The translations under genes were made by a program, and so were the position numbers. From IMG/VR virus record IMGVR_UViG_3300011187_000002: DNA of 64,000 nucleotides, one strand, 5' to 3'. This document shows, one piece after another, positions 47,101 through 55,674 of this stretch (positions are counted from its first letter, which is position 1; each line of letters opens with the position of its first letter). The DNA is from a virus. Its lineage: Duplodnaviria > Heunggongvirae > Uroviricota > Caudoviricetes. The notes below the pieces were generated by a model that was not told the origin of the DNA, searched no databases, and saw nothing but the letters and a program-made list of their open reading frames with translations.

Positions 47101-48211
47101 CGAAGAAGTATATGAGTCCTTTGTGAAACTCGACGATCTTTTTAAATTCTCTAACGTAGCTGGAAAGCCGGGGAAAGACTCTTTGTTGATCAGCTATAAC
47201 CGGGAAGATGTAATTCCGAAACTAGCGGCCCACCGGCAGAAGATCGAGAGGCAAAAGCTTAAAGCTGCGCAAGAGGACAAAGAACTCAATCTCACGGAAG
47301 CAGAACGTAATCTTGCTGAGTATCCAGTCGATTACCAATTCGACCCAGCGAAAGTAGTCGAGTACGCTTATCGCCCATTTGATCTAAGATGGACATACTA
47401 CGACAACAATCTTTGGACTAGGGGTGTTACAGCGTTACACGGACATATCGGCAGAGGGCCTGTATTATTAGCATCCAAAATCATTCGTGATCAGAGCTTT
47501 GCTCATGCGTTTATCAGCGAAACATTCATGGATGTCATCTTTCTTTCGCCGAGCAGAGGCACAAATTGTTATGCATTTCCACTGCATTTGGCAAAGGAAG
47601 GTGGCGATCAGTCGCGAGAGAAAGCATGCAATCTTTCACAGGATGATATTGTGCCCTCAAGCTGGAACGTTCCGGCGTTAGACTGCCTGCACTATATTTA
47701 TGCCGTCCTTCACTCCCCCACATACAGAGAAGCCTATTTCGAGGCTCTCAAGTTGGACTTTCCGAGGATTCCACCAGCTCTTAGAAAGGACCTCTTTGAA
47801 GAGTTGGTAATCCTTGGCGAGCACCTCTTTGTCCTACATCTAGGCAAGACTGCGCCACCAACTACGAAAGCGCGCTTCAAGCATGGGAAAAGCCTTTTAG
47901 TAACAGAACGAAATAAGTACATCCAAGAAGGTGAAGGCATGGGACGTCTGTACATAAACGACTCAACATATATCGCGGACGTTTCAAAAGAAGTGTGGGA
48001 GTTTCATGTGGGTGGGCACCAGGTGCTGAGCCGCTGGCTTTACTACCGCAAACGTGACGACAGAGAACTCACCGCTGGCGACACCGATCACCTTATAGAC
48101 GTAATAAGCCGCATTGAAGAAACAATTGCCCTTATGGACCGGGTGGACGACGTGGTGGCCGCGTATGGAGGGTTACCAAGTGCTTTCTTGAGAACGCAAT
48201 TTTCAGATTAA
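44156..48211 (+). CDS. N6-adenine DNA methyltransferase with type ISP/IIG-like C-terminal specificity domain
   Basis: FADAYAQT, GVYYTP, ILDPAAGTGTF, IVGNPPY, YAYRPFD, YIYAVLHSP.YR, VWEFHVGGHQVL. Confidence 0.88.
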   Translation: MNLQEFRQFFENPTADAGAPAPDEEDGPTRSSTQFARPGAKPVRNDGGSHLSADSISFARHLLRRLLGAEPSGWPRDKVLKADHRALQYLPEKVHYIAPSDNGRDFHTLIIEFDSTGRELLQESKRLFPQAAKLDLIEDALDRFGQAALKGFAKYEQKAFADKRGEYVPVGRPEQTMIVLSVRDDRASDERIAHLVHFVRQGEDAQGSSEIDHPPMESFSVRQEAVTWEPQLKQDYTLQLFHRFVAPLQEGKWSQAFAREEERREARKLLDVLSGQATEESFEDVITNLLEEIALSFGLEADDHQARVTRRHLLSDHDIGIDPDRNLPDGFENPLKGFLIHDVANRLLGYIVYLPQNGEDADTLRDRLQKYNRFHNVLVIYPTTDQKDETSLEVGLWQGDRELRGKLLKKGANYIGPARLISMLSRFFMVSRAEVENQTELAQELAYRARYLRRLAIRQLKAEKEDGPMCKLYEAFTAALIHNQTEEEFADAYAQTLAYGLLSARWISKDQFQVSGDRFTRETALDHMPTTSPFLRSFFQTVLQENFDPKQKWLLEDIANFLDRIQIEQIFGHKDGEPTISTDPVIHFYEPFLQEYDPVTRKERGVYYTPDPLVHHIVESVNQHLKENLHLPLGLADTTTWAEYVERHPKISIPPVADPDSPLVQILDPAAGTGTFLKHVIEVIHHEFCTASKDTTKKLEADSWSQYVEDSLLPRLHGFELMVAPYAVCHIKLALTLQATGYEPTDDSRINVFLTNALEAPLTSTPQLDWTRIVNLTDESREASKVKGETALTVIVGNPPYSRSTKNKNPHIDALVAAYKDPVRAHEGNIQPLDDDYIKFWRIAEHWIELTNLGIAALVSNNTFYSGRIHRGIRRHHLDTFDFIDCLDLQETGKLTTATTDGVQPDDNVFPPITEATSVTLAVKTGGDSSRTSVHYRAITGTREAKYSLLRSNVDGVTSFDLDLRAPYWLFIPRDEDYVANHEEVYESFVKLDDLFKFSNVAGKPGKDSLLISYNREDVIPKLAAHRQKIERQKLKAAQEDKELNLTEAERNLAEYPVDYQFDPAKVVEYAYRPFDLRWTYYDNNLWTRGVTALHGHIGRGPVLLASKIIRDQSFAHAFISETFMDVIFLSPSRGTNCYAFPLHLAKEGGDQSREKACNLSQDDIVPSSWNVPALDCLHYIYAVLHSPTYREAYFEALKLDFPRIPPALRKDLFEELVILGEHLFVLHLGKTAPPTTKARFKHGKSLLVTERNKYIQEGEGMGRLYINDSTYIADVSKEVWEFHVGGHQVLSRWLYYRKRDDRELTAGDTDHLIDVISRIEETIALMDRVDDVVAAYGGLPSAFLRTQFSD

Positions 48212-48227
48212 CCAAGGCTCCTTAAGC

Positions 48228-48485
48228 ATGTCATTCACCACAAGACCTCCTTCTTTAGACGGATCTAACCTCGTTATCTTGCTTGAGGTTAACGATGTCA
48301 AGGTCCCAGAACCTGTTGTACGCATCCAAGCACTCTATGCAGGGGTTACGTACATTTACCAACCGGAAACAGATCAAGAAAAGCAACAGTTGGGTGATCT
48401 GTATGAACTCGTTCAGTACCAAATGAGTGGGGGACCGGAAATTCTCGACCACATGTTGCAAGAAATCAAAGATTTAGGTGTTTAA
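48228..48485 (+). CDS. hypothetical protein
   Basis: 85 aa ORF abutting next gene. Confidence 0.55.
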   Translation: MSFTTRPPSLDGSNLVILLEVNDVKVPEPVVRIQALYAGVTYIYQPETDQEKQQLGDLYELVQYQMSGGPEILDHMLQEIKDLGV

Positions 48486-49217
48486 GTGACACGTTCATTG
48501 CTACTACCAGACGTACACAGTGCATGGGGAAGCGCTGATGACCTGATTGATCACGCCCGCCGCAAGGAGGGTCCTTTTGATCGAATCATTCAGCTAGGTG
48601 ACATGGGCTTTGGTTTTGCGGGCGTCAAGCCGTGGAAAACCAAGTACGAAGAAATCCTCTGGTTTATCGACGGCAATCACGATAACCACGAGATGCTTTC
48701 TAATCGGGGCGATCCTAATTTTGGGTACGATCCGTACCATGTCCTGTGGCCTCGTGAATGGCAAGATTTCCTGAAACGGTGGGAGTACAAAGAGCGTGGT
48801 GCTTTCGAAGACGGCATCCTGTTCATCGGAGGGGCATCGTCTATCGATCGAATCTGGCGCACCGCTGGAAAAGATTGGTGGCCCGGCGAAAACATATCTT
48901 ACGAGGACGAAGAACGGGTGATGGATACCATCGAAGAGGTGGGAGCCGAGAACATTCATACCGTGATCAGCCACGATTGTCCGGCTGGATTCAGCATGGC
49001 AAAGCCTTTACGGATTCACAACGGGTCGGGTGCCAAAGAGAATTTCGACAACAATCGGAAGTTCCTAGAGCATGTACGCACGGTCGTAAAACCTGAGCGC
49101 TGGTACTTCGGGCATTACCATTTCAATTGGTCCGGGGAAATCGACGGTTGCAAGTGGCAGTGTATCGACATGGTGCGCGGGAACGGGAAGTACGATTACG
49201 CAGTGCTGGAAACGTGA
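48486..49217 (+). CDS. calcineurin-like metallophosphoesterase
   Basis: DVH, QLGDMG, GNHD, SHD, GHYH. Confidence 0.9.
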   Translation: MTRSLLLPDVHSAWGSADDLIDHARRKEGPFDRIIQLGDMGFGFAGVKPWKTKYEEILWFIDGNHDNHEMLSNRGDPNFGYDPYHVLWPREWQDFLKRWEYKERGAFEDGILFIGGASSIDRIWRTAGKDWWPGENISYEDEERVMDTIEEVGAENIHTVISHDCPAGFSMAKPLRIHNGSGAKENFDNNRKFLEHVRTVVKPERWYFGHYHFNWSGEIDGCKWQCIDMVRGNGKYDYAVLET

Positions 49218-49218
49218 T

Positions 49219-49596
49219 ATGCCTATCATAAACCGATTCAAAGATGGGGAGTTTGAAGAAGCCCCTATTCCGACTACGCTGGAAGAAGCCTTCGACGTCC
49301 TCGATGAAATCATTTTCCCGGACGAGCGTGATCTTGTGCTTGAATACTCAGAAGAAATGTGGCGGGCACAATCTTACCGGATGGGAGGGTGGCTTCGGAA
49401 CACGTGGAAATTTTGGGAAAAGGAAGGCCCCTTGTATGAGTGGTTTGTCGACTATGGCATAACCCACGCGGATGACATGTCTGGTATCGTACTGCTATCG
49501 TATTGGCGGCACAAAAACGGTAAGTCCCTAGACGTCGAGGGACAGGTCCAGCATTACCTCGATTATTGGGATAAACGAGAGTTTGAACGCATCTAA
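49219..49596 (+). CDS. DUF6794-like hypothetical protein (MPIINRF start)
   Basis: IPTTLEEA...GGWLRNTW.FW...GITHADDMSGIVL. Confidence 0.7.
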   Translation: MPIINRFKDGEFEEAPIPTTLEEAFDVLDEIIFPDERDLVLEYSEEMWRAQSYRMGGWLRNTWKFWEKEGPLYEWFVDYGITHADDMSGIVLLSYWRHKNGKSLDVEGQVQHYLDYWDKREFERI

Positions 49597-49659
49597 ACCC
49601 TCTAACTCCACTCCAGTCCGCCCGGCGTTCCCCCTGTAGGCCCTCTGCAGAGATTTCTT

Positions 49660-49688
49660 TTGACGACTCCCCGTTGTTAGGGTATAGG
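49660..49688 (+). promoter_or_regulatory. sigma70-type phage promoter
   Basis: TTGACG-N17(TAGGG)-TATAGG. Confidence 0.8.
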
Positions 49689-49737
49689 TTAGTGCAAGAG
49701 ACGACGACTAACCCTTGACAACGACAGGAGACACGGC

Positions 49738-50121
49738 ATGTTCAAAAAGACTGATAACTACGGCGGCCACCTTCAGGGATATGTAGAACTGGTCCCTGCC
49801 CAACTGAAAGCACTGTTCGGCGACCCTAATGGTTTCTGCGATGACCAGTACATGGACTGGTACCAACTCGAAGACGATGACGGCCATTTCGCCACCATCT
49901 ACAGCAAGTGGACGCATCCCTCCGAAAATACCGACCGTCTTTTCAGTTTCAATGTGGGCGGCAACAGCTACGAAGATATGCAAGCGCTTGTCGAGTACCT
50001 TGAAAACGAAGGGTTGAACGTGGGTGTTGTCGACGCCGTGGGCAACAACCTTGCCCAATGGGAAGCGACTCAGAGGGCACACATGGCCGTTGAGGAGGCC
50101 CTCCGAGGGGACGCCCGATGA
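49738..50121 (+). CDS. hypothetical phage protein
   Basis: HLQGY...LFGDP...ATIY..W...NVGG; AGGAG RBS. Confidence 0.75.
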   Translation: MFKKTDNYGGHLQGYVELVPAQLKALFGDPNGFCDDQYMDWYQLEDDDGHFATIYSKWTHPSENTDRLFSFNVGGNSYEDMQALVEYLENEGLNVGVVDAVGNNLAQWEATQRAHMAVEEALRGDAR

Positions 50122-50603
50122 ACAGCGAAGACCGCTTCAGCCATTACGTGAAGCACGGGTGGTGCCCCGTACCTTGGGCGCATCACCCGGAGCCGGTCAA
50201 GGAATTGATTCGGGCCATTGGTTTCCGCCCGCAGCTCAAGGGCTGTTTTTACAACAGCCAATTGTTGTTCATCGAAAACGAACGACGTTCGTTTGGTCTG
50301 GACCTCGAATACCGTGAAGGCTGGGTCCATGCGATTATCCCCTTTGAGCACGCTTGGCTGACTTACAAGGGTGAACTGTTGGATTTGACCTTGGCCCCGG
50401 ACCGGGAAGTGCCGCCGACGTACCTGAAATCTATAGGTTACAGCTACGAGGACGTCACCAACAACATGTTCGAGACGGGGTGCTACACTTCGGTCACGTC
50501 GGCAAAAGACTTTTACGACATCGGGCCGTGGAAAGAGGGCTTTGAGGCCCTCGACGCCCTCCAAGATGAGGACCAAGACCGAGGCCCCTCCGAGGGGACT
50601 TAG
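50118..50603 (+). CDS. transglutaminase/papain-like putative enzyme
   Basis: GCFYNS...YREG...HAW...LDLT (C-H-D order). Confidence 0.6.
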   Translation: MNSEDRFSHYVKHGWCPVPWAHHPEPVKELIRAIGFRPQLKGCFYNSQLLFIENERRSFGLDLEYREGWVHAIIPFEHAWLTYKGELLDLTLAPDREVPPTYLKSIGYSYEDVTNNMFETGCYTSVTSAKDFYDIGPWKEGFEALDALQDEDQDRGPSEGT

Positions 50604-50716
50604 AGTAGAGTTACAGGGTGGGCTGGCCCTCTAACTCAGAAAAGAGCCCGGCTGGGCCTTGGCTTGCAACCCCCAGCACAGGGCAATCTGGTTTCCAGAG
50701 CAATACGTAACACTAC

Positions 50717-51043
50717 TTGAACACTAGGGACGTTATGGCTGAAACACCCGGTCCGCTTAACCCCTTTTTGTATCGACGGTCTGCTAATGTAGGCCAAGCC
50801 AAATACCTCACCGAAGATAGAACCTCTGATCTTAACCACATGCTCGAAGTCGCAATCGAGCAGACACAACGGCAAGGCGTGACCGACGACTGCGCCTGTG
50901 GTGAACTTCACAGCCTTGGACAGCACAGCCACGGTACGCTTATCGAATGTCGTTGCGGATTGGATTGGGTAGTGGTTGACCACGACGAAAAGACGCTGGA
51001 GCCTTTCGATGAATTGGCCGTATTGACCAAGGATTCCTTTTGA
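50717..51043 (+). CDS. hypothetical protein with CxC pairs
   Basis: CACG...CRCG; start uncertain. Confidence 0.5.
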   Translation: MNTRDVMAETPGPLNPFLYRRSANVGQAKYLTEDRTSDLNHMLEVAIEQTQRQGVTDDCACGELHSLGQHSHGTLIECRCGLDWVVVDHDEKTLEPFDELAVLTKDSF

Positions 51044-51068
51044 CGCTGTGCTAGTTCTGTGGTATAAG
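51040..51068 (+). promoter_or_regulatory. sigma70-type phage promoter
   Basis: TTGACG-N17(TGTGG)-TATAAG. Confidence 0.8.
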
Positions 51069-51098
51069 TTTTTGACCACACGATACGAGGCTAAGACT

Positions 51099-51410
51099 AT
51101 GAATGACGAACAAGCACAAGGGTACACAATGAAATGGGAAGAGCTTTCGTCATTGATGGACGCCGTAGAAGTGCCGGTCGTGGCTGTGGAAACCACGGGC
51201 ACCGGCGTTATCAAAACCGTCGTGGTCCCGGTGGACGATACCCTGACTGCAGTGGGATCCTTGGAATGGGCCGGGTTCGTGGTTGATACTTCCGAATGGA
51301 CGGGTTTCGGCAACAAGCCCCGCAAATACGACGCTACAGAAATCAAGCTACTACGACGTAAGGATGTATCCCGTGAAGAAGCACCCGAACGCCTTGCCAG
51401 TGCAGCATAA
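51099..51410 (+). CDS. hypothetical protein
   Basis: GAGG RBS. Confidence 0.6.
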   Translation: MNDEQAQGYTMKWEELSSLMDAVEVPVVAVETTGTGVIKTVVVPVDDTLTAVGSLEWAGFVVDTSEWTGFGNKPRKYDATEIKLLRRKDVSREEAPERLASAA

Positions 51411-51780
51411 AGGTTTCGATCTCTTTTTGCAGACCGCCAATCTGTTGGGCGATGGAATCCTAAAGGAAGGCGCAAATTTCGATTCGGTGGAACACCCTTG
51501 GCGGTTCCGGGCATATGACGCCAAAGACCGTCTCTATGCCGAAGGTACCTGTGACAGTCGGACGAGGTTTTGGCCGATCCTACACCTGTTGCATGAAAAG
51601 ACGGGGCGATTGGATATCCGTCTTCGCATCTACGAACGATCCACACAACGAGCTACTGAGGTCTTCCCCTATGAGCAACCAAGGCTACTACCTGCCGCCC
51701 AACATGAAAGCGACTCTGGACCGGTACGTCGAGCGTCGGCTGGCTCCGGGGCGCTTCACACAGTTGCTTTTGAAAAATAA
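51400..51780 (+). CDS. hypothetical protein
   Basis: FRAYDAKDRLYAEG; overlaps next ORF by about 110 nt. Confidence 0.4.
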   Translation: MQHKGFDLFLQTANLLGDGILKEGANFDSVEHPWRFRAYDAKDRLYAEGTCDSRTRFWPILHLLHEKTGRLDIRLRIYERSTQRATEVFPYEQPRLLPAAQHESDSGPVRRASAGSGALHTVAFEK

Positions 51781-51925
51781 GGTTCACGAGGCCCTACCCT
51801 TTGCGGATAAGGCACACCAGCAAGCTCTGTACGACACGCTGCGCTACATCACGATGGAGCTTCCCGCTGGGTGTTACGGTAGCCCCGAAAAGGTAGAGGC
51901 GTGGCTTAGAGGGGACGACGCATGA
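51671..51925 (+). CDS. hypothetical phage protein
   Basis: LDRYV...PGRF...LKN...AD...PAGCYGS.EKV.AW. Confidence 0.7.
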   Translation: MSNQGYYLPPNMKATLDRYVERRLAPGRFTQLLLKNKVHEALPFADKAHQQALYDTLRYITMELPAGCYGSPEKVEAWLRGDDA

Positions 51926-52320
51926 GTAATACTTGGCAAGACGCTGAAATCGTGGACTTCAAAGTCGACGGCTGGGAACAGGCCGAGGCTTTGATCCACG
52001 AGATGGAAGATAGGGCTGATACGATCGGCTTTTCCTATTTCGATATCGATTACATCGACGATGGTGCGCTGTACGCTGAGGTCACGTTCGGCGGCACTGA
52101 GTGGGTGGTTGATTTTTCCAAGGCCAACTGCCCCGGTGGTGATGAGACGGGCAAGATGGGCAACCACGCGGCCCTTATCTTCTACTGTTATTACGAGACG
52201 CTGGGACAAGCCCGCTCTTCGACGGCCCCGAAAGATGGGGTCGAGATGGTCAAAGCCATCGAGGAGTACATGGAGCTACCACACGAACCTGACTTCTACG
52301 AATCGAGGGTATGGATATGA
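51922..52320 (+). CDS. hypothetical acidic protein
   Basis: ATGA overlap. Confidence 0.7.
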   Translation: MSNTWQDAEIVDFKVDGWEQAEALIHEMEDRADTIGFSYFDIDYIDDGALYAEVTFGGTEWVVDFSKANCPGGDETGKMGNHAALIFYCYYETLGQARSSTAPKDGVEMVKAIEEYMELPHEPDFYESRVWI

Positions 52321-52553
52321 GCAGCCAAGCCATGTTACGACTGGCTTTCAAAACGGTAGAGTCCTTACTGGAAGCGAAAGCCCAAGAGGAATATGGCGAC
52401 GAGGCCAGTGTGGGTTCGTGGAGTTACGATACGTGCTATGATCATTTTGATATTCAGGTTGACGTTCCGGGCGAAATGTACTATCAAACACTATCGATCC
52501 CGGAAGAAGATATCCTTGGCGAAGAGCCCATAACGAAGGATTACTGGCCTTGA
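52311..52553 (+). CDS. hypothetical acidic protein
   Basis: Overlaps both neighbours. Confidence 0.6.
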   Translation: MDMSSQAMLRLAFKTVESLLEAKAQEEYGDEASVGSWSYDTCYDHFDIQVDVPGEMYYQTLSIPEEDILGEEPITKDYWP

Positions 52554-53176
52554 ATACACACCAGCTTAACGTATCGCAACGCGCTTCACTTCTGCACCTA
52601 TTGCAAACGGTGGCGCTTCAAAAGGGCAATTTCATTCTAGCTTCGGGTGAACAAAGCGATACGTATCTGGACGTGCGCAAGGTGGCCCTTGATTCGCGGG
52701 GGTCGTACCTGATTGGCTCTGCGATCATAGCCTATATCCAAGAACAGTTTCCGGGGTGCCGTGGAGTTGGCGGCCTTACGTTAGGCGCTGACCCCATCGT
52801 CTCGTCGACCTTGTTCGCGGCTCATGCGCTAGCCCACGGTTCCTTAGCTGGCATTCTGGTACGTAAGAAACCTAAAGATCACGGGACCATGAACTGGCTG
52901 GAGGTCGGGGGCGAAATCCAACCGGGTCAGGATTCGATTCTTGTGGTTGACGATGTGATAACAACAGGCAATTCGACGCTCAAAGCGGTTCAAAGGATTC
53001 GGGATGCAGGCTATCATGTTCCGGCGACCTTATGCGTGGTTGATCGACAGCAAGGCGGTCCCGAACTTTTGGAAGCGAATGGGTTGAGTTGCCATTCGCT
53101 ATACACGCTCGATGAAGTGCTTGGCGTAGATGAAGAATCCGAAGTGATCGAAGAACCCGCCGACGCCGCAGAATGA
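52550..53176 (+). CDS. pyrE: orotate phosphoribosyltransferase
   Basis: GNFILASG..S.TYLD, VRKKPKDHG, PRPP loop VVDDVITTGNS, VVDR. Confidence 0.9.
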   Translation: MNTHQLNVSQRASLLHLLQTVALQKGNFILASGEQSDTYLDVRKVALDSRGSYLIGSAIIAYIQEQFPGCRGVGGLTLGADPIVSSTLFAAHALAHGSLAGILVRKKPKDHGTMNWLEVGGEIQPGQDSILVVDDVITTGNSTLKAVQRIRDAGYHVPATLCVVDRQQGGPELLEANGLSCHSLYTLDEVLGVDEESEVIEEPADAAE

Positions 53177-53277
53177 TACGCAATCACTTCAACGAAAAGT
53201 GGTATGAAAAGCGGACTTCCAGATTCTTAAAAAACTTGCTTGGTGATGATCGCTATCGCTTTGCTTTTCAAGTGGTG

Positions 53278-53769
53278 CTAAGGCCGGGCCATGATTGGCC
53301 CTATCCAGAAAAGCTGGGCTAGATCAACGAAAGCCATGCGGGTCGTTTTGATGTGTGCTTCGAAGCTGGGGACCCCGTGCGACTTTCCTTCGATGTAAAA
53401 CTGAAGGTTGGGATCTGCTTTGTAGCCAATAACGACTTTCCCTGTAGGGCTGATCACAGACATTTGGTCGTAAAGCAAAGCGGCTTCGCGGTTGCCAAAG
53501 CTCACGTCAGCACCGGGAGGGTCCAGAATATTGTCCGGGTAGTCTTTAGGGTTGGTGGCGGCCCCAATCGAGAGCCACATCAACTGTTCAAAGACGCTGG
53601 GGTCTACGTTGATCTCGAATGAACACGAGGTCAAGCTCATGGAACTGACGGTCCATCTCAGGGTAGGACCAAAGCCCTTGTCCAAGATGGTCATGTAAAG
53701 GCCGCTGTTTCCGGTATGGAAACCGGCCCTTCCAATCGTGCGGTATTCGTTGTCAATTACGTCACTCAT
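53278..53769 (-). CDS. hypothetical protein
   Basis: ATGA overlap; weak internal repeat. Confidence 0.6.
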   Translation of the reverse strand: MSDVIDNEYRTIGRAGFHTGNSGLYMTILDKGFGPTLRWTVSSMSLTSCSFEINVDPSVFEQLMWLSIGAATNPKDYPDNILDPPGADVSFGNREAALLYDQMSVISPTGKVVIGYKADPNLQFYIEGKSHGVPSFEAHIKTTRMAFVDLAQLFWIGPIMARP

Positions 53770-54518
53770 TTTAACTCTACTGTGATCGAAGTGTCGTGGT
53801 ACCCGCTTCGGTGTGAAGGTGCGGTTTCCACGAAAATCTCGTCGATGGAATCCATGTAACGGCGGAGTTCCTTTTTGGCCCGGCGCTCGATGGAATACGT
53901 GTTGACTTCATCGGCAGGGATAAAGGCAATCCCTACGACTGTCTGGCCACCGGGATAGGTGAAGAGATCATCGAACTCTTCGGCTCCACCCCATTCCAAA
54001 GCCTTTTTGATAGCCCGTTCGATGCCTTTGGTATCCGCAGCATATTGGCGACGGTCCGCAGCATATTGGCGACGGGAGGCTTGGCGCTTGTACTGTTTGA
54101 GGTAGTCATCAAGTCGCTTAAAGGCATAGGCGGGATCTTCAAACCATGCCAACGTGCTGCCTTTGGGGATCGTAGTGCGACGGTCCCCGTGAACTACCTG
54201 CAGGGCATATTCTTGAGTGTCTTCGTCCCGAAGCATCCGAACAGTGAAATCTAATTTGCTCGGGGCGTCGGCGATATACCAATCGAACCGACGATGGCCG
54301 CCCTTTTCATAGGTCTTGGACCCATAGACCACCATATCAGGACCGAAAAACCTCTTGGTGAGCTTCGAGATAGGTCTGTAGTGCTCGGATAAGAAACGGC
54401 CATCCTCAGAAGCCTGAAGGACTTTCCGCAGCGTGTCATCGAGATATTGGCTTTGACCGGCAAATCTCTTTAGCCGCTTTGCAACACCCGCAAGCCGTAC
54501 ATGTAGTGGATCACTCAT
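53766..54518 (-). CDS. hypothetical protein with RRQYAAD duplication
   Basis: 250 aa ORF. Confidence 0.7.
   Translation of the reverse strand: MSDPLHVRLAGVAKRLKRFAGQSQYLDDTLRKVLQASEDGRFLSEHYRPISKLTKRFFGPDMVVYGSKTYEKGGHRRFDWYIADAPSKLDFTVRMLRDEDTQEYALQVVHGDRRTTIPKGSTLAWFEDPAYAFKRLDDYLKQYKRQASRRQYAADRRQYAADTKGIERAIKKALEWGGAEEFDDLFTYPGGQTVVGIAFIPADEVNTYSIERRAKKELRRYMDSIDEIFVETAPSHRSGYHDTSITVELK
54034..54075. repeat. perfect 21-bp tandem duplication (in frame)
   Basis: tccgcagcatattggcgacgg x2. Confidence 0.9.
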
Positions 54519-54536
54519 AATAGACGTCCCTGTGGA

Positions 54537-54947
54537 TCATCCAACACGAAGGTTCTTTTTGAAAGCCTCAGCATCATCCTCGGTGGGGTTCGAAACTTCG
54601 ATGATGATCACAATGTGGTGAGTCTTGGGTTCGAAATCAACGGACATTTCCGAAGCAAGTAGGCGATCACGCATGAGCCTTTCAGCGGTTTTTCGCACAG
54701 CTTTCTTTGCCCGCTTGGCTGCCAGATTGATCCCCTCTACCGGTAGCTTGCCGTCATACATGGCAAGACTTGGATCAATAGTTACTTCCAGTCCCGAAGT
54801 CCCTGCCATTCGAACAACCTCGACGTTAACCACGGAAGCCGCAGTCTTTTTCAACGCCTGTTTGATCAAAGGCATAAGCTCCTTTCGGCGCTCTGGATCT
54901 TGCGCAAGTCTGCGCATACGATTAAGCATAGCGTTAGCATCCATCAT
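54537..54947 (-). CDS. hypothetical protein with degenerate shared N-terminal module
   Basis: MLNRMRRLAQDPERRKELMPLIK...KKTAAS. Confidence 0.7.
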   Translation of the reverse strand: MMDANAMLNRMRRLAQDPERRKELMPLIKQALKKTAASVVNVEVVRMAGTSGLEVTIDPSLAMYDGKLPVEGINLAAKRAKKAVRKTAERLMRDRLLASEMSVDFEPKTHHIVIIIEVSNPTEDDAEAFKKNLRVG

Positions 54948-55025
54948 TTTTCCTTGTGAAACCGCAAAAGGTTATCGAGTTCACCCGATCACTTTAACGG
55001 GTTACAAAAGCAATACCGAAGTTTT

Positions 55026-55054
55026 TTGACACTCTGGTACAACTAGGGTATAAG
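55026..55054 (+). promoter_or_regulatory. sigma70-type phage promoter
   Basis: TTGACA-N17(TAGGG)-TATAAG. Confidence 0.8.
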
Positions 55055-55100
55055 GCATTGACGACGACGATAACCCTTTTGCAAACGACAAGGATACATC

Positions 55101-55604
55101 ATGAAGCTCAAAGAGATCGAAATCGGAGAAGAATACGCCTGTGGTAGCCCGAACCAAAAGTACGGGACATACGATCGTAGGCGTGTTGTCGCTATCGACA
55201 AGTTCAAGAAGCCTCATGGGCGTCGGAATTGGAGCAAAGCACGTCGCCGCCGTGTGAAAGCGGTCTACATCCGCAGCGATGGTAGCGAGGGTGGCGAGTC
55301 TGTGCTCGATGCGCAAGAAATCATCGAGCCGTGGGCCGCTTACGCTGAGAAACAGCGCAAAGAGAAAGAGGCCAGCAAGCGCCGTGCTGAGGAACTCCAG
55401 TCCAAGCGGGAAGATAGCGAGGCCCAAGCCAAGCGGATCGCTTCCAACCTTCAGGAATTGGGCCTCGAAATGCGCACCAATTACAACGGGGATAAAGTCC
55501 CCCGTGGTGTCAACCTCGATATCAGCCACCGCTACGGCACCGGTAAGGTGTCGATGAATTTCGACAAGTTCGAAGAGTTGCTCGAAACGATCGTCAAGAG
55601 TTAA
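55101..55604 (+). CDS. hypothetical protein (SH3-like + coiled coil)
   Basis: AAGGA RBS; MKLKEIEIGEEYA. Confidence 0.75.
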   Translation: MKLKEIEIGEEYACGSPNQKYGTYDRRRVVAIDKFKKPHGRRNWSKARRRRVKAVYIRSDGSEGGESVLDAQEIIEPWAAYAEKQRKEKEASKRRAEELQSKREDSEAQAKRIASNLQELGLEMRTNYNGDKVPRGVNLDISHRYGTGKVSMNFDKFEELLETIVKS

Positions 55605-55674
55605 AGTTCCGAAGGGCAGGGGTTAGGTAGACCCTGCCCTTCGGTTGTAGATTCCATAGCCAGCGAGGTACCCT

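Noticed and set aside
54034-54075. RRQYAAD repeat resembling the tmRNA tag QYAA
   Set aside because: Four-residue match, internal rather than C-terminal, explained by a simple tandem duplication.
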